Of a stretch of DNA of 64,000 nucleotides, positions 55,295 through 64,000 are shown piece by piece. Location of the stretch: assembly GCA_947253945.1 (NCBI GenBank), contig CAMYAY010000003.1, forward strand, positions 22,664 to 86,663, given 5' to 3'. The translations under genes were made by a program, and so were the position numbers. The stretch's first letter is position 1; every line of letters begins with the position of its first letter. The notes under the pieces are model-generated. The model did not search any database. It had not been told where the DNA came from and saw only the letters and a program-made list of their open reading frames with translations. This DNA comes from an uncultured Candidatus Saccharibacteria bacterium. Its GTDB lineage: Bacteria; Patescibacteriota; Saccharimonadia; Saccharimonadales; Saccharimonadaceae.

Positions 55295-55765
55295 ATGAGT
55301 AAGATGATAACGCCAGAGGATGTTTTACGAGTACTATTAGAATTACAGTCTCTCGATGAAGATTCGGGTGACGTTATTACTAATCTCAAGGCGCAAAAGT
55401 TGCTCTATTACGTACAGGGCGTGGCGTTAGCCAAGCTCAACCAACCGATGTTTCAGGAGGATTTTGTGGCATGGCAGTACGGGCCGGTGATAGTTCGGCT
55501 GTATAACGAGCTTAAGCAGTTTGGCCGGAATCAAGTTGAGCTGCCGCCCGTGACTGGCTTGGTGGAAGACAAATTCAGCGACGACCAGCTGGATGTTATT
55601 GCTTCGGTGTATAAGACCTTCGGTCAGTTTTCGGCTTGGAAGTTGCGTGATATGACACACGCCGAGGCGCCTTGGCTAGACGTCAACATTAACGACACGA
55701 TACCAAAGGCCTCAATTGCGAAATTCTTTAAAGCAAGATACTGCAATATCCCGGTATGCCAGTAA
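55295..55765 (+). CDS. Panacea-domain (DUF4065) protein, putative PanA-like antitoxin
   Basis: ITNLKAQKLLYYVQGVALAKLNQPMFQEDFVAWQYGPVIVRLYNELKQFG is a close match to the Panacea core. GGAG SD. Confidence 0.6.
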   Translation: MSKMITPEDVLRVLLELQSLDEDSGDVITNLKAQKLLYYVQGVALAKLNQPMFQEDFVAWQYGPVIVRLYNELKQFGRNQVELPPVTGLVEDKFSDDQLDVIASVYKTFGQFSAWKLRDMTHAEAPWLDVNINDTIPKASIAKFFKARYCNIPVCQ

Positions 55766-56190
55766 GCCGTTCTAGCCGTCTTCGTCAGGCGTATCAGCGA
55801 GCTAATCACGGCGGTGACATTGTATCGCCCGATTTGTTGAATTCACAGGATGATAACGACTATGTTTTAGTGTCATTCCAGTATTTACAAAAAGGTTACG
55901 ATTTGGATGATAAAAGTCTCACGAAAGACCATCGGGCGAATTTGTTGAGCAAGCTGGTGCTAATTACGCAGTCAACTTGGACGACACTCATAACGGCTCC
56001 GAAGCGGAGTGGGTTTGAGATGATGGAACGCGCTGAAACAAAGTTGCGTCCTAGAGGTGTAACGGATGATGTCAAAAAGTTTATAGTGGCGCGCTTTTCT
56101 TCGCAAAAATGTCGCTTGATTGGCTTTCGACGAGACAATGTATTTTTTGTTTTATATATTGACGCGAAGCTTACCGCCTACAAGCATTAA
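55756..56190 (+). CDS. Putative toxin partner of the Panacea antitoxin (unclassified, RelE/HigB-like tail)
   Basis: Overlaps the upstream stop by 10 nt. 144 aa, ending ...CRLIGFRRDNVFFVLYIDAKLTAYKH. Confidence 0.4.
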   Translation: MPVSRSSRLRQAYQRANHGGDIVSPDLLNSQDDNDYVLVSFQYLQKGYDLDDKSLTKDHRANLLSKLVLITQSTWTTLITAPKRSGFEMMERAETKLRPRGVTDDVKKFIVARFSSQKCRLIGFRRDNVFFVLYIDAKLTAYKH

Positions 56191-56221
56191 GTCTGCGGGC
56201 GGTGTGATATAATAGGAGTAT

Positions 56222-56773
56222 ATGGATACTAGTATTTACGAGGAAAAATTTGCGGGGGTAGCAGAGCACTTCGCAGAAGAATTAAAGAAGGTGCGCACCG
56301 GTCGTGCTCATCCAGACATGCTAAGTGGCGTGCGGGTTGAGGTTTACGGCACTAAGATGCCGCTCAACCAAGTGGCTAGCATCACAGCTAAAGAGGCCAC
56401 GCAGATTTTGGTGACCCCATTTGACGTCGCCAACGTGCAGGCCATCTCAAAGGCCATCAGCAGCGACCCAAGTTTAGGCTTTAACCCAAGCGACGACGGC
56501 CGCAACGTGCGTGTGCCAATCCCACCGCTCACTGAGGAGCGCCGCAAAGAGATTTCGCGCCAAGTCGATGCCAAGGTAGAAGAGTCAAAGATTGCCTTGC
56601 GTAGCATCCGCGATGAAGCTCGCAAAGCCATCAAGGCCGCCAAGCAGGCCAAGGAAATTGGCGAAGACGACCAGAAGCGTCTTGAGGCGGGCATTGACGA
56701 CAGTCTCAACAAGACGGTTGCGAAGCTTACCAGCCTTGCCGCTGACAAGCAAACTGAAATCATGACAGTTTAG
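56222..56773 (+). CDS. frr: Ribosome recycling factor
   Basis: ...GRAHPDMLSGVRVEVYGTKMPLNQVASITAKEA... and the RRF fold pattern. Confidence 0.9.
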   Translation: MDTSIYEEKFAGVAEHFAEELKKVRTGRAHPDMLSGVRVEVYGTKMPLNQVASITAKEATQILVTPFDVANVQAISKAISSDPSLGFNPSDDGRNVRVPIPPLTEERRKEISRQVDAKVEESKIALRSIRDEARKAIKAAKQAKEIGEDDQKRLEAGIDDSLNKTVAKLTSLAADKQTEIMTV

Positions 56774-56781
56774 AGGTAGCC

Positions 56782-57480
56782 ATGGCCGACGTACCGCAGC
56801 ATATTGGGTTCATCGTGGACGGTAACCGCCGCTGGGCGCGCGCTCGCGGCTTGACGACCGAGCAGGGGCATAGGCGCGGGTTTGAGGTGCTAAAGCAAAT
56901 GGCGTATGTCGCCCGCGACCGCCAGATTCCGTATGTCAGCGCCTACATCTTTTCCACGGAGAATTGGCAGCGCAGCAAACCAGAGGTGGACTATCTGATG
57001 CGCCTGTTTTTGCAGGCGTTTCAGCACGACCTCAAGCAAATGATACGGGACGGCTTTAAAATTATCTTTTTAGGTAGTAAAGACCACGTCAGCCAGCCAA
57101 TTTTGCGCGCCACCGCCGCTGCCGAAGCCGATTCAAAGGCTAACACCGGCACTACGCTGGCACTGTGCTTTAATTACGGTGGGCAGCAGGAGATTGCCGA
57201 CGCCGCGCGCCAGCTCGCAACCGAGGCGCAGGCGGGCAAGCTTGACCCGCAAACCATCACACCGCAGACGGTGGCGCAGGCTATTTACCACCCTGAGCTG
57301 CCGCCGCTTGACTTTGTGGTGCGCACCAGTGGCGAGGAGCGGGTGAGTGGCTTTATGCTGTGGCGTCTCGCTTACGCCGAATTTTTGTTCGTCAAAGCCA
57401 ATTGGCCAGAGATGACGCCGGCGCTGCTGGACGATTGTTTGGCTGAGTACGCGCGGCGACAACGCCGATTTGGCAAATAA
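56782..57480 (+). CDS. uppS: Undecaprenyl diphosphate synthase
   Basis: HIGFIVDGNRRWA and the cis-prenyltransferase motifs. Confidence 0.9.
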   Translation: MADVPQHIGFIVDGNRRWARARGLTTEQGHRRGFEVLKQMAYVARDRQIPYVSAYIFSTENWQRSKPEVDYLMRLFLQAFQHDLKQMIRDGFKIIFLGSKDHVSQPILRATAAAEADSKANTGTTLALCFNYGGQQEIADAARQLATEAQAGKLDPQTITPQTVAQAIYHPELPPLDFVVRTSGEERVSGFMLWRLAYAEFLFVKANWPEMTPALLDDCLAEYARRQRRFGK

Positions 57481-57525
57481 TTAACTCGCTTGTGTTATAA
57501 TAGAATTTGATTAATTAGGAGGGAA

Positions 57526-58680
57526 ATGAATTTAGCTTGGTGGCAGATTATCTTAGGGGCGATTGTAGGGCTGATTATACTGGTGATTCTCGTGGTAATT
57601 CACGAGCTCGGCCATGCCATTGCCGCCATTCGGAATGGCGTTGAGGTTGAGGAGTTTGGCATTGGCTTCCCGCCGCGCGCGTGCCAAATTGGCGAGTATA
57701 AGGGGACTAAAATTACCCTAAACTGGCTGCCACTGGGCGGCTTTTGCCGGATGAAGGGTGAGAGCGACGATGCCAAAGAGCCACACAGTTACGGTGCCGC
57801 CAGCCTCTGGGCGAAGACCAAGATTTTGCTTGCTGGTGTGTGGATGAACTTCTGGACGGCGGTGGTAATTTTTGCCATTTTGGCGCTTTTTGGGATGCCA
57901 AAGCTCGTGCCTGACCAGTTCGCCATGAAGGAAGACTACCACGGTACGGCGGGCGAAGTTTCAGTGGTTGAGGTAATGAAAGACACGGTGGCGGCGCATG
58001 CTGGCGTGCAGAAGGGCGACCGCGTGCTGAGTATCAACGGCACGAAGGTCGAGTATTCGAGCGAGGTGCCGCGGTTAGTACACAACTTGGCAGGCAAGGA
58101 ACTCAACCTTGTGGTGCGGCGGGGCAACGCCGACAAGTCGTTTAAGTTGCAGCTGCCGGCGCAAGCGGCGGCCGGACACGGCATACTTGGCATTGCAACC
58201 TCAGATAGTAAGCCGGCGACGATTCGCGCCACGTGGAGCGCGCCGCTAGTAGGCTTTATTGATACCTTGCAGCTGATGTGGCTCACCATCGCGGGCATCT
58301 TCGGTATGATTGGTAATCTCTTCACTGGCCTTTGGGGAATGGTGACGGGTGCCGGCGCCGGCGGCCGGTTGGCTTCGGTGGCGCAGGGCGTGGCTGGGCC
58401 AATTGGCATCTTGGGCGTCATCTTCCCAACTGCCATGGCGAGCGGTCCAAGCATCTTGCTCTACATTTCTGGTATGATTGCAGTGTCGCTGGCGGTAATG
58501 AACCTGCTACCGATACCGGGGTTGGACGGCGGCCGCTGCTACCTCACTTGGGCGTATCACGCGCTGAAGCGCCCGCTGACGAAGGAAAAAGAAGAGAAAA
58601 TTGTCGGCTACGGCATGCTCTCGTTGTTTGGTTTAATGATTTTGGTGACACTAGTCGATGTTTGCAAGTTATTCAAATAA
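57526..58680 (+). CDS. rseP: RIP site-2 metalloprotease RseP (M50) with a PDZ domain
   Basis: HELGHAIAA zinc motif, a PDZ segment (GVQKGDRVLSINGTKV), and C-terminal LPIPGLDGG. Confidence 0.8.
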   Translation: MNLAWWQIILGAIVGLIILVILVVIHELGHAIAAIRNGVEVEEFGIGFPPRACQIGEYKGTKITLNWLPLGGFCRMKGESDDAKEPHSYGAASLWAKTKILLAGVWMNFWTAVVIFAILALFGMPKLVPDQFAMKEDYHGTAGEVSVVEVMKDTVAAHAGVQKGDRVLSINGTKVEYSSEVPRLVHNLAGKELNLVVRRGNADKSFKLQLPAQAAAGHGILGIATSDSKPATIRATWSAPLVGFIDTLQLMWLTIAGIFGMIGNLFTGLWGMVTGAGAGGRLASVAQGVAGPIGILGVIFPTAMASGPSILLYISGMIAVSLAVMNLLPIPGLDGGRCYLTWAYHALKRPLTKEKEEKIVGYGMLSLFGLMILVTLVDVCKLFK

Positions 58681-59473
58681 ATGGCGTCAACTCAAGTCGC
58701 CCGTCGCGTCGCAGAGTGAAGATTCCGCCGACCGCGCGGTGCGTACCTTGCGTGTTTACTGGTCGAAGTTCTGGCGTGTACTGCTGTGGGTGATTTGGGT
58801 GATGACCTGTATCTCTTGCGGTGAAGCCGTGGCTTCAACTTTGGCGCAGTACAAGACTGTCGCCAGCCCAATTACTTTGCAATTAGTTGATTATGTTATC
58901 TCACTTACGCTGATGATTGGCGGCCCGTACCTCTGGCACAAGTTGCGCCGTCATCCAGTAAAGTTGATGCCTGAGCTCGGCATTGGCCGCCCGCCGCGCG
59001 CCTCGGACGCTGCTCTGACAGTGAAGGCTATCTTGCCATATTACGCGGCGATTATGTTTGCGGGGTTTGTGCTGTCGCTGTTTGCGCCGGATTTGGCGAG
59101 TGAGAAGCAGCGTATTGTGACTAGCGACGGCCCGTTGGGGTTGGCTGGTATGTTGGCCTCAAACCAGCTGGTGGTAATCTTGTTGCTATACATTTCAGTG
59201 GCGGTGTTAGCGCCAATTGCAGAAGAGATTATCTTCCGTGGCTTTTTGTACACTAAGCTACGCCGTGTAGTAGGGGTGGCCAACGCCATGCTCTGGGTTT
59301 CATTGGTATTTGGCATGGCGCATGGCCAAGTGGCGGCAGGCATGGTGACTTTTATGCTGTCGATGTGCAACTGCTACATGCGCGAGAAGACTGGCCAGAT
59401 TTACTCGGGCATTTTTCTACATATGATGTGCAACACGATTGCGCTGACGCTACAGATAGCGCTTCTGCACTAA
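58658..59473 (+). CDS. CPBP-family (CAAX) intramembrane metalloprotease
   Basis: EEIIFRGFL motif, conserved His (FGMAHG), polytopic. The start is uncertain (58658 or a downstream ATG). Confidence 0.55.
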   Translation: MFASYSNKWRQLKSPVASQSEDSADRAVRTLRVYWSKFWRVLLWVIWVMTCISCGEAVASTLAQYKTVASPITLQLVDYVISLTLMIGGPYLWHKLRRHPVKLMPELGIGRPPRASDAALTVKAILPYYAAIMFAGFVLSLFAPDLASEKQRIVTSDGPLGLAGMLASNQLVVILLLYISVAVLAPIAEEIIFRGFLYTKLRRVVGVANAMLWVSLVFGMAHGQVAAGMVTFMLSMCNCYMREKTGQIYSGIFLHMMCNTIALTLQIALLH

Positions 59474-59489
59474 ACAGGCTAGCCAAGCC

Positions 59490-60767
59490 ATGGGTAGATG
59501 TGCTAAAATGGAAAGCATGAAACGCACTGAATTATTTACCAAGACGAGCAAAACGGTGCCAGCAGACGAGACTTCATTAAATGCTCAGCTGCTCATCCGC
59601 GCGGGGTTCGTTCATAAAGAGATGGCAGGGGTATACGCCTTCTTGCCACTGGGGCTACGCACGCTCGAAAAGATAAAGGCGATTATTCGCGACGAGCTGA
59701 CCAAGGTTGGCGGGCAGGAATTGCTGATGACTCACTTGCAGCCAAAAGCGTTGTGGGAGACTACCACGCGGTGGGACGATAAGGTGGTGGACATCTGGTT
59801 CAAGACGAAGTTGCAAACGGGTGAAGATATTGGTCTTGCTTGGTCACACGAGGAGCCGATTATGAATATGCTCCGTGAGTATGTCCATAGCTACAAAGAC
59901 TTACCAGTGGCGGTGCACCAGTTCCAGACGAAGTTGCGCAACGAATTGCGCGCCAAGGCAGGCATTATGCGCGGCCGCGAGTTCCTGATGAGTGACATGT
60001 ACAGTGTGCACGCGACCAAAGAGGACCTCGACCGCTTCTATGAAGAAGTCAAGCAGGCGTATTTGCGAGTGTACGACCGTCTTGGCATTGGCGACCAGAC
60101 TTACGTAACTTTCGCCTCTGGTGGTGCCTTCACTAAGTTCAGTCACGAGTTTCAGACCATTTGTGACGCCGGCGAAGACTGGCTTTACCTAGACCGCGCG
60201 CGCAACATCGCCGTCAATGAAGAGGTGCTGGATGACGCGGCGGCAGAGCTGGGCCTCGATAAGAGCAAGCTAGAGCGTGTCCGCAGCGCAGAGGTGGGTA
60301 ACATCTTCAACTTTGGCACTGACAAGGCGGAACAGATGGGTATCACCTTCATGGACCAAGACAACCAGCCAAAGCCATTCTGGTATGGTTCGTACGGCAT
60401 TGGCGTGACCCGCGTGATGGGCGTGATTGCCGAGCTCTTTTCTGACGACCGCGGCCTCGTGTGGCCGGATAACATTGCGCCGTATCGCGTGTACCTCGTA
60501 TCGATTGGCGACAGCGAGCCAGTACAAAAATCGGCCGAAGCGGTGTATAATTTATTGCAGTCCAAGGGCATTGAAGTGTTGTGGGATGACCGCGACGCCC
60601 GCCCAGGTGAGAAGTTTGCCGACGGCGACTTGATGGGTATTCCACATCGCGTGGTGATTAGCCCGAAGACCGTGGCAGCAGATAAGGTAGAATACAAAGC
60701 TCGTACGGCAGCCGACGCTAGAGCGTTGACGGTGAGCGAGTTAGTTGAACGATTGACTAAGGAGTAG
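59490..60767 (+). CDS. proS: Prolyl-tRNA synthetase, short form lacking the editing insertion
   Basis: Class II motifs and the ProRS N-terminus ...LLIRAGFVHKEMAGVYAFLPLGLRTLEKI, with a C-terminal anticodon-binding domain. Confidence 0.85.
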   Translation: MGRCAKMESMKRTELFTKTSKTVPADETSLNAQLLIRAGFVHKEMAGVYAFLPLGLRTLEKIKAIIRDELTKVGGQELLMTHLQPKALWETTTRWDDKVVDIWFKTKLQTGEDIGLAWSHEEPIMNMLREYVHSYKDLPVAVHQFQTKLRNELRAKAGIMRGREFLMSDMYSVHATKEDLDRFYEEVKQAYLRVYDRLGIGDQTYVTFASGGAFTKFSHEFQTICDAGEDWLYLDRARNIAVNEEVLDDAAAELGLDKSKLERVRSAEVGNIFNFGTDKAEQMGITFMDQDNQPKPFWYGSYGIGVTRVMGVIAELFSDDRGLVWPDNIAPYRVYLVSIGDSEPVQKSAEAVYNLLQSKGIEVLWDDRDARPGEKFADGDLMGIPHRVVISPKTVAADKVEYKARTAADARALTVSELVERLTKE

Positions 60768-60778
60768 AAGGAGGAGAA

Positions 60779-61234
60779 ATGAAGAAGATTTTTCACATTA
60801 CGGCCGCTGGTAAGCGGGAACTCGAAGACGAGCTCAAGAACTTGATTGATTCGCGCCCAGACGTGGCAGAAGAAATTGCCACTGCGCGCGCTCAAGGCGA
60901 CCTTTCAGAGAACGCAGAGTACACTTCAGCTCGTGAGCACCAGAACCGTGTGGAGAGCCGTATCGCGGAGATTGAAGAAATTTTGAAGGGGGCGAAGATT
61001 ATCGCCTCTGATGGCGACGGTACGGTTAGCCTTGGCGACACTTTGACGGTGGAGAGCAACGGCGTTCAGACCGAGTACCAGCTGGTGGGTGCAATCGAGG
61101 CCGACCCGCTTAACAACAAAATCAGCCACGAGTCGCCACTTGGTTCGGCTTTGCTTGGCAAGAAGGTGGGCGACACTGTGACTATCAAGACCCCGAAGGG
61201 TGAGCGACAGTACACGATTGTCTCATTGCTATAG
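60779..61234 (+). CDS. greA: Transcription elongation factor GreA
   Basis: N-terminal coiled coil with the acidic tip and a C-terminal FKBP-like domain. GGAGGAG SD. Confidence 0.9.
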   Translation: MKKIFHITAAGKRELEDELKNLIDSRPDVAEEIATARAQGDLSENAEYTSAREHQNRVESRIAEIEEILKGAKIIASDGDGTVSLGDTLTVESNGVQTEYQLVGAIEADPLNNKISHESPLGSALLGKKVGDTVTIKTPKGERQYTIVSLL

Positions 61235-61294
61235 AATTATAAATTAGAGCAAAAATAAAGGCGCTACGATGGTAGCGCCTATTAAGTTAAGTTA

Positions 61295-61858
61295 TCACAT
61301 GGTTTTCCAGTAGTAAACGGTGTGGTTGTTATCTGATTCGATTGGGTCAAGTAAGACGACTACGGCGAGTCGCGCGTTGTTGCCAAACGAAGTGAGATAA
61401 ATCAACTCGGCGCCGTGGCCGTTTGCAGTGTACTTTTTTGGTACTTGCAAATAGAGGCACATGGCAGGGTCTAGCTGCCTTGCGAGGCGCTTTGGATAAT
61501 CCATGGCGCAGTTATCAATGTCTTTCGACAGGGCGCGCAAGAAGTCGTCACTTGGCATGAAGGCGGTGGCCTTTTGCTTGCAACTCTCGAGGTCGATACC
61601 ATCAAGGACGGTGGTGAACTTGGGGTAATCTTTGGCGATGTCGTCAACGCAATATTTAATGTTGACCGCTGGGCAGTCAACAAAGGCGTGAACAAAGCGC
61701 GAACTTTTGTGGTGACGCTTGTCGTAAACCAAGCTGTGGCAGGCGGAGAGTGACTCTCTAGTGTGCGCCTCGGCGCCGTGCTTGATGCCCGAGTCTTCGC
61801 GCTCAAAGAGCTTATGAACATTGCGCATTAGCCGGCTAAGCGGGTGATTTGACTGCAT
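61295..61858 (-). CDS. Hypothetical Cys-containing protein
   Basis: Start set at MQSNHPLSRLM after AAAGGAGGAG. No recognisable domain. Confidence 0.4.
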   Translation of the reverse strand: MQSNHPLSRLMRNVHKLFEREDSGIKHGAEAHTRESLSACHSLVYDKRHHKSSRFVHAFVDCPAVNIKYCVDDIAKDYPKFTTVLDGIDLESCKQKATAFMPSDDFLRALSKDIDNCAMDYPKRLARQLDPAMCLYLQVPKKYTANGHGAELIYLTSFGNNARLAVVVLLDPIESDNNHTVYYWKTM

Positions 61859-62382
61859 AGTTATCTCCTCCTTTTGTGATAACGGTAAGGTGCGATCAAA
61901 TGATACTCTATTATAGTGCCATAAAAATGTGTAATTGTCAAGAGGTAGGTGTCTGGGATAAAAGTGTTGACATGTTGCGGGGAATATGATATATTTAGAT
62001 TGGTTCAGGTAAACTGGACTTGTCTGAATAGATATGAGAAGGGTTTTGGCACGGTCCGCGTTGTAGCCAAACCTCTCATTGCACATTGAAAAGGAATAAT
62101 TATGCAGATAGCCTCTGTTGGTAATCTGTATTATTACGTAGGAAGTTGCCGTTACCGGTAATTGCGGAGTGGAGGTTTTACGTACTCCCCATAATATATT
62201 CGGCCTTTGGCAGGTAGTTAGCTCCTCGTAATGTACATAAGTAACCTGCTAGGCACGACCAATCCAAGTTCTGTTGGTTGTGATGACATCGTGCCTAGCG
62301 GGCCACTTAATTTCCTAAGCCGTTGCGGCATCATATTTATTTATCTTATGACTTGTTAATAAAATATGCCGTTACCGCTGTT

Positions 62383-62410
62383 TACCCCCGCCTTTGGGGG
62401 TTATTTTTTA
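62383..62410 (+). terminator. Rho-independent terminator, possibly the 3' end of an unannotated structured RNA
   Basis: acccccgcctttgggggttatttttt, with no upstream plus-strand CDS within 300 nt. Confidence 0.45.
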
Positions 62411-62504
62411 TCTACGCATTATTGACAAATTAGGCTTAATGTTGTACTATAAAACTGTTCCAGAGAGTCTGGGATGTTCTTTGGTAAATTGGAGTGTGAT
62501 AAAA

Positions 62505-62687
62505 ATGTCACAACATTGTGAATATGCTAAGGCATATGAAGAGGGCAGAATTGCTAACGTTAGTAAACCAACTCTACTTGGTAATTGTAGCCAGCCCGCT
62601 ATTTGGTACATCAACGGTACTGATATACCGGTTTGCTATTATCATAAAAAGTTAGCCGAAGGTGCTATTGGTTCATACGCAGTTTAA
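62505..62687 (+). CDS. Small Cys-containing hypothetical protein (60 aa)
   Basis: MSQHCEYAKAYEEGRIANVSKPTLLGNCSQPAIWYINGTDIPVCYYHKKL. The RBS is weak. Confidence 0.25.
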   Translation: MSQHCEYAKAYEEGRIANVSKPTLLGNCSQPAIWYINGTDIPVCYYHKKLAEGAIGSYAV

Positions 62688-63463
62688 TTAATATCCAACT
62701 CCATGGTCAGCCAAGGCTGACGCTCGGGCGGCTTAGCCGCCCTTTTTTAGTGGTCGCAAGCAGGGCAATCGGCGAATTTAAAAAAGTTAAGTGGTTATGC
62801 TTGCAAAGCTCAAATAGTATGATACAATTAATATAGTTTAGCGTTGCTGCTAAACTAACCATATCTAGGGTCTAGCTAGCTAGACCAGCTCATTATAAAC
62901 CCATTAGTTAGGAGGTGGGCCTATTGACTACCTCTACATTCTGGATAGAGTATTGTTAATCTAATTATGTTGCATGAGGCACGCGTAGTACCATTATTAA
63001 TGCGTGGGCTATGAGTCTTATCTGTAAGGTCAAGCAATTATCTTGCACGGTAACTAGCTCCTTTGATATAACATCAAGCACAGGCTCATAGCCCATTTAT
63101 TCATAACTAGATTTAACTTGTTGTATTACAACTTAATAGCGTGGCTAATTATTTTATTATATATAAAGTATTTATCCTTTGCTATAATTGTATAGCGTAT
63201 CTTCTTTCTTGTTAAAAACTTATTGGGTATTACACCGCCTTAGCCGATACTGATTTCATTGAGTTTCCTTTGCCATGGGTCAGTGTCCGCTAAGGCGGCT
63301 TTTTCTTTTGTATTATTTAGTATTATTGGGCATTAGACACTTGTTGGCGGAAGTGGCGGCAGGGCAATAACAGAGTTAGACAGTATGGCAAATTGGCAAA
63401 TATTGCAAATTGATGCTATAACTATTGACATTTTAACGCGCTTGTGGTAGTATAATAAATGTT

Positions 63464-63712
63464 ATGAAGAACAACACAAACAAATCAAACAAATCAAACA
63501 AATGTCAAAAAGCTAACAAGAGCACTAAGGCTGTTGCTGTCGAGCAGGAAGTTGACCGCGCACGCGTCAACGCTCTCTCAAACGAAATTGTCAAGAATAG
63601 CGTCTTGTTTGGTTCACTAATGGTCAACCTTTTTGTCTTGACCGCCTTCATGTTGGCCGTGACCGACGCGCCAAGTGCCCAAGCCTTAGGTAGCTTGATT
63701 GCCAACCTTTAA
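63464..63712 (+). CDS. Small membrane protein with an N-terminal NKS repeat
   Basis: cttgtggtagtataat promoter. One TM segment (LFGSLMVNLFVLTAFMLAV). Terminator at 63748-63775. Confidence 0.4.
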   Translation: MKNNTNKSNKSNKCQKANKSTKAVAVEQEVDRARVNALSNEIVKNSVLFGSLMVNLFVLTAFMLAVTDAPSAQALGSLIANL

Positions 63713-64000
63713 ACCTTTTAATATTAAACCCACTAACTTTGACCCCGACCTCTGGTCGGGGATTTTGGTTGGGGCGGGGTAGTGTGTAAATTTACAACAC
63801 AAGTTGGCAGGCAGTTATATCTGTTAAATGCCCATTTTTTCCACACACGCGCCCTTAAAATGGCAGCTTGTGGGTAAAAATGTCAAAAAAAGACTTGCAT
63901 GTGGGGCGTGGTGGGTAGTATAATTAAGTCAGTGGAAGAAAAGAAACAACCACGAACATAAAAACAACCAAGCTAACTAAAATAGTTGATTGTACCATAC

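Noticed and set aside
1-64000. CRISPR arrays, rRNA genes, transposases or integrases
   Set aside because: No regularly spaced direct repeats with unique spacers, no rRNA-like conserved stretches, and no recognisable transposase or integrase ORFs were found on either strand.

Overview
This 64 kb window is one chromosomal segment, probably from a small-genome CPR/Saccharibacteria-like bacterium. That lineage guess rests only on gene content and promoter style and is weak. Genes are compact and follow one another on the same strand. Promoters are TG-extended -10 boxes of the form cTTGTGnTATAAT. Housekeeping genes present: ftsX (3' part), ctpA, lepB, prmC-prfA-rpmE, rpsB-tsf, recJ, rpsU, yqeY-adk-map, lysS, tRNA-Arg, def-fmt, rplU, priA, frr-uppS-rseP, proS and greA. 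Between them sits a large secreted-protein family of eight paralogs (979, 14420, 21499, 22733, 26854, 28954, 40276 and 50944). Each has a conserved N-terminal beta-rich module with an ANQWGY motif, a Pro-rich linker, and a variable C-terminus. The C-terminus is either an FGE-sulfatase-like domain or Cys-rich C..RYPG..YC.HxGDMSGY repeats. Four copies carry a G9-G10 tract about 20 nt downstream of a strongly SD-backed ATG. Copies 21499 and 40276 are in frame (ON). Copies 14420 and 26854 are out of frame (OFF), and removing one G (14420) or adding one (26854) would restore a conserved extended signal peptide. A fifth copy (50944) is split by an internal G7 tract, and a sixth surface gene (11608) has a G7 tract in its promoter spacer. 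No other G tract of 7 or more exists in the window. I read this as a previously undescribed phase-variable surface-protein family driven by slipped-strand mispairing. Other notable content: a Panacea-domain toxin-antitoxin pair, an orphan DinJ antitoxin inside the ftsX/pcsB-like/ctpA cluster, a tandem array of Pro-rich DUF805 membrane proteins, several uncharacterised operons, and candidate structured non-coding regions. No CRISPR array, rRNA or obvious transposase was found. My counts of homopolymer G runs carry about one base of uncertainty; the ON/OFF frame states were cross-checked against the ORF track.
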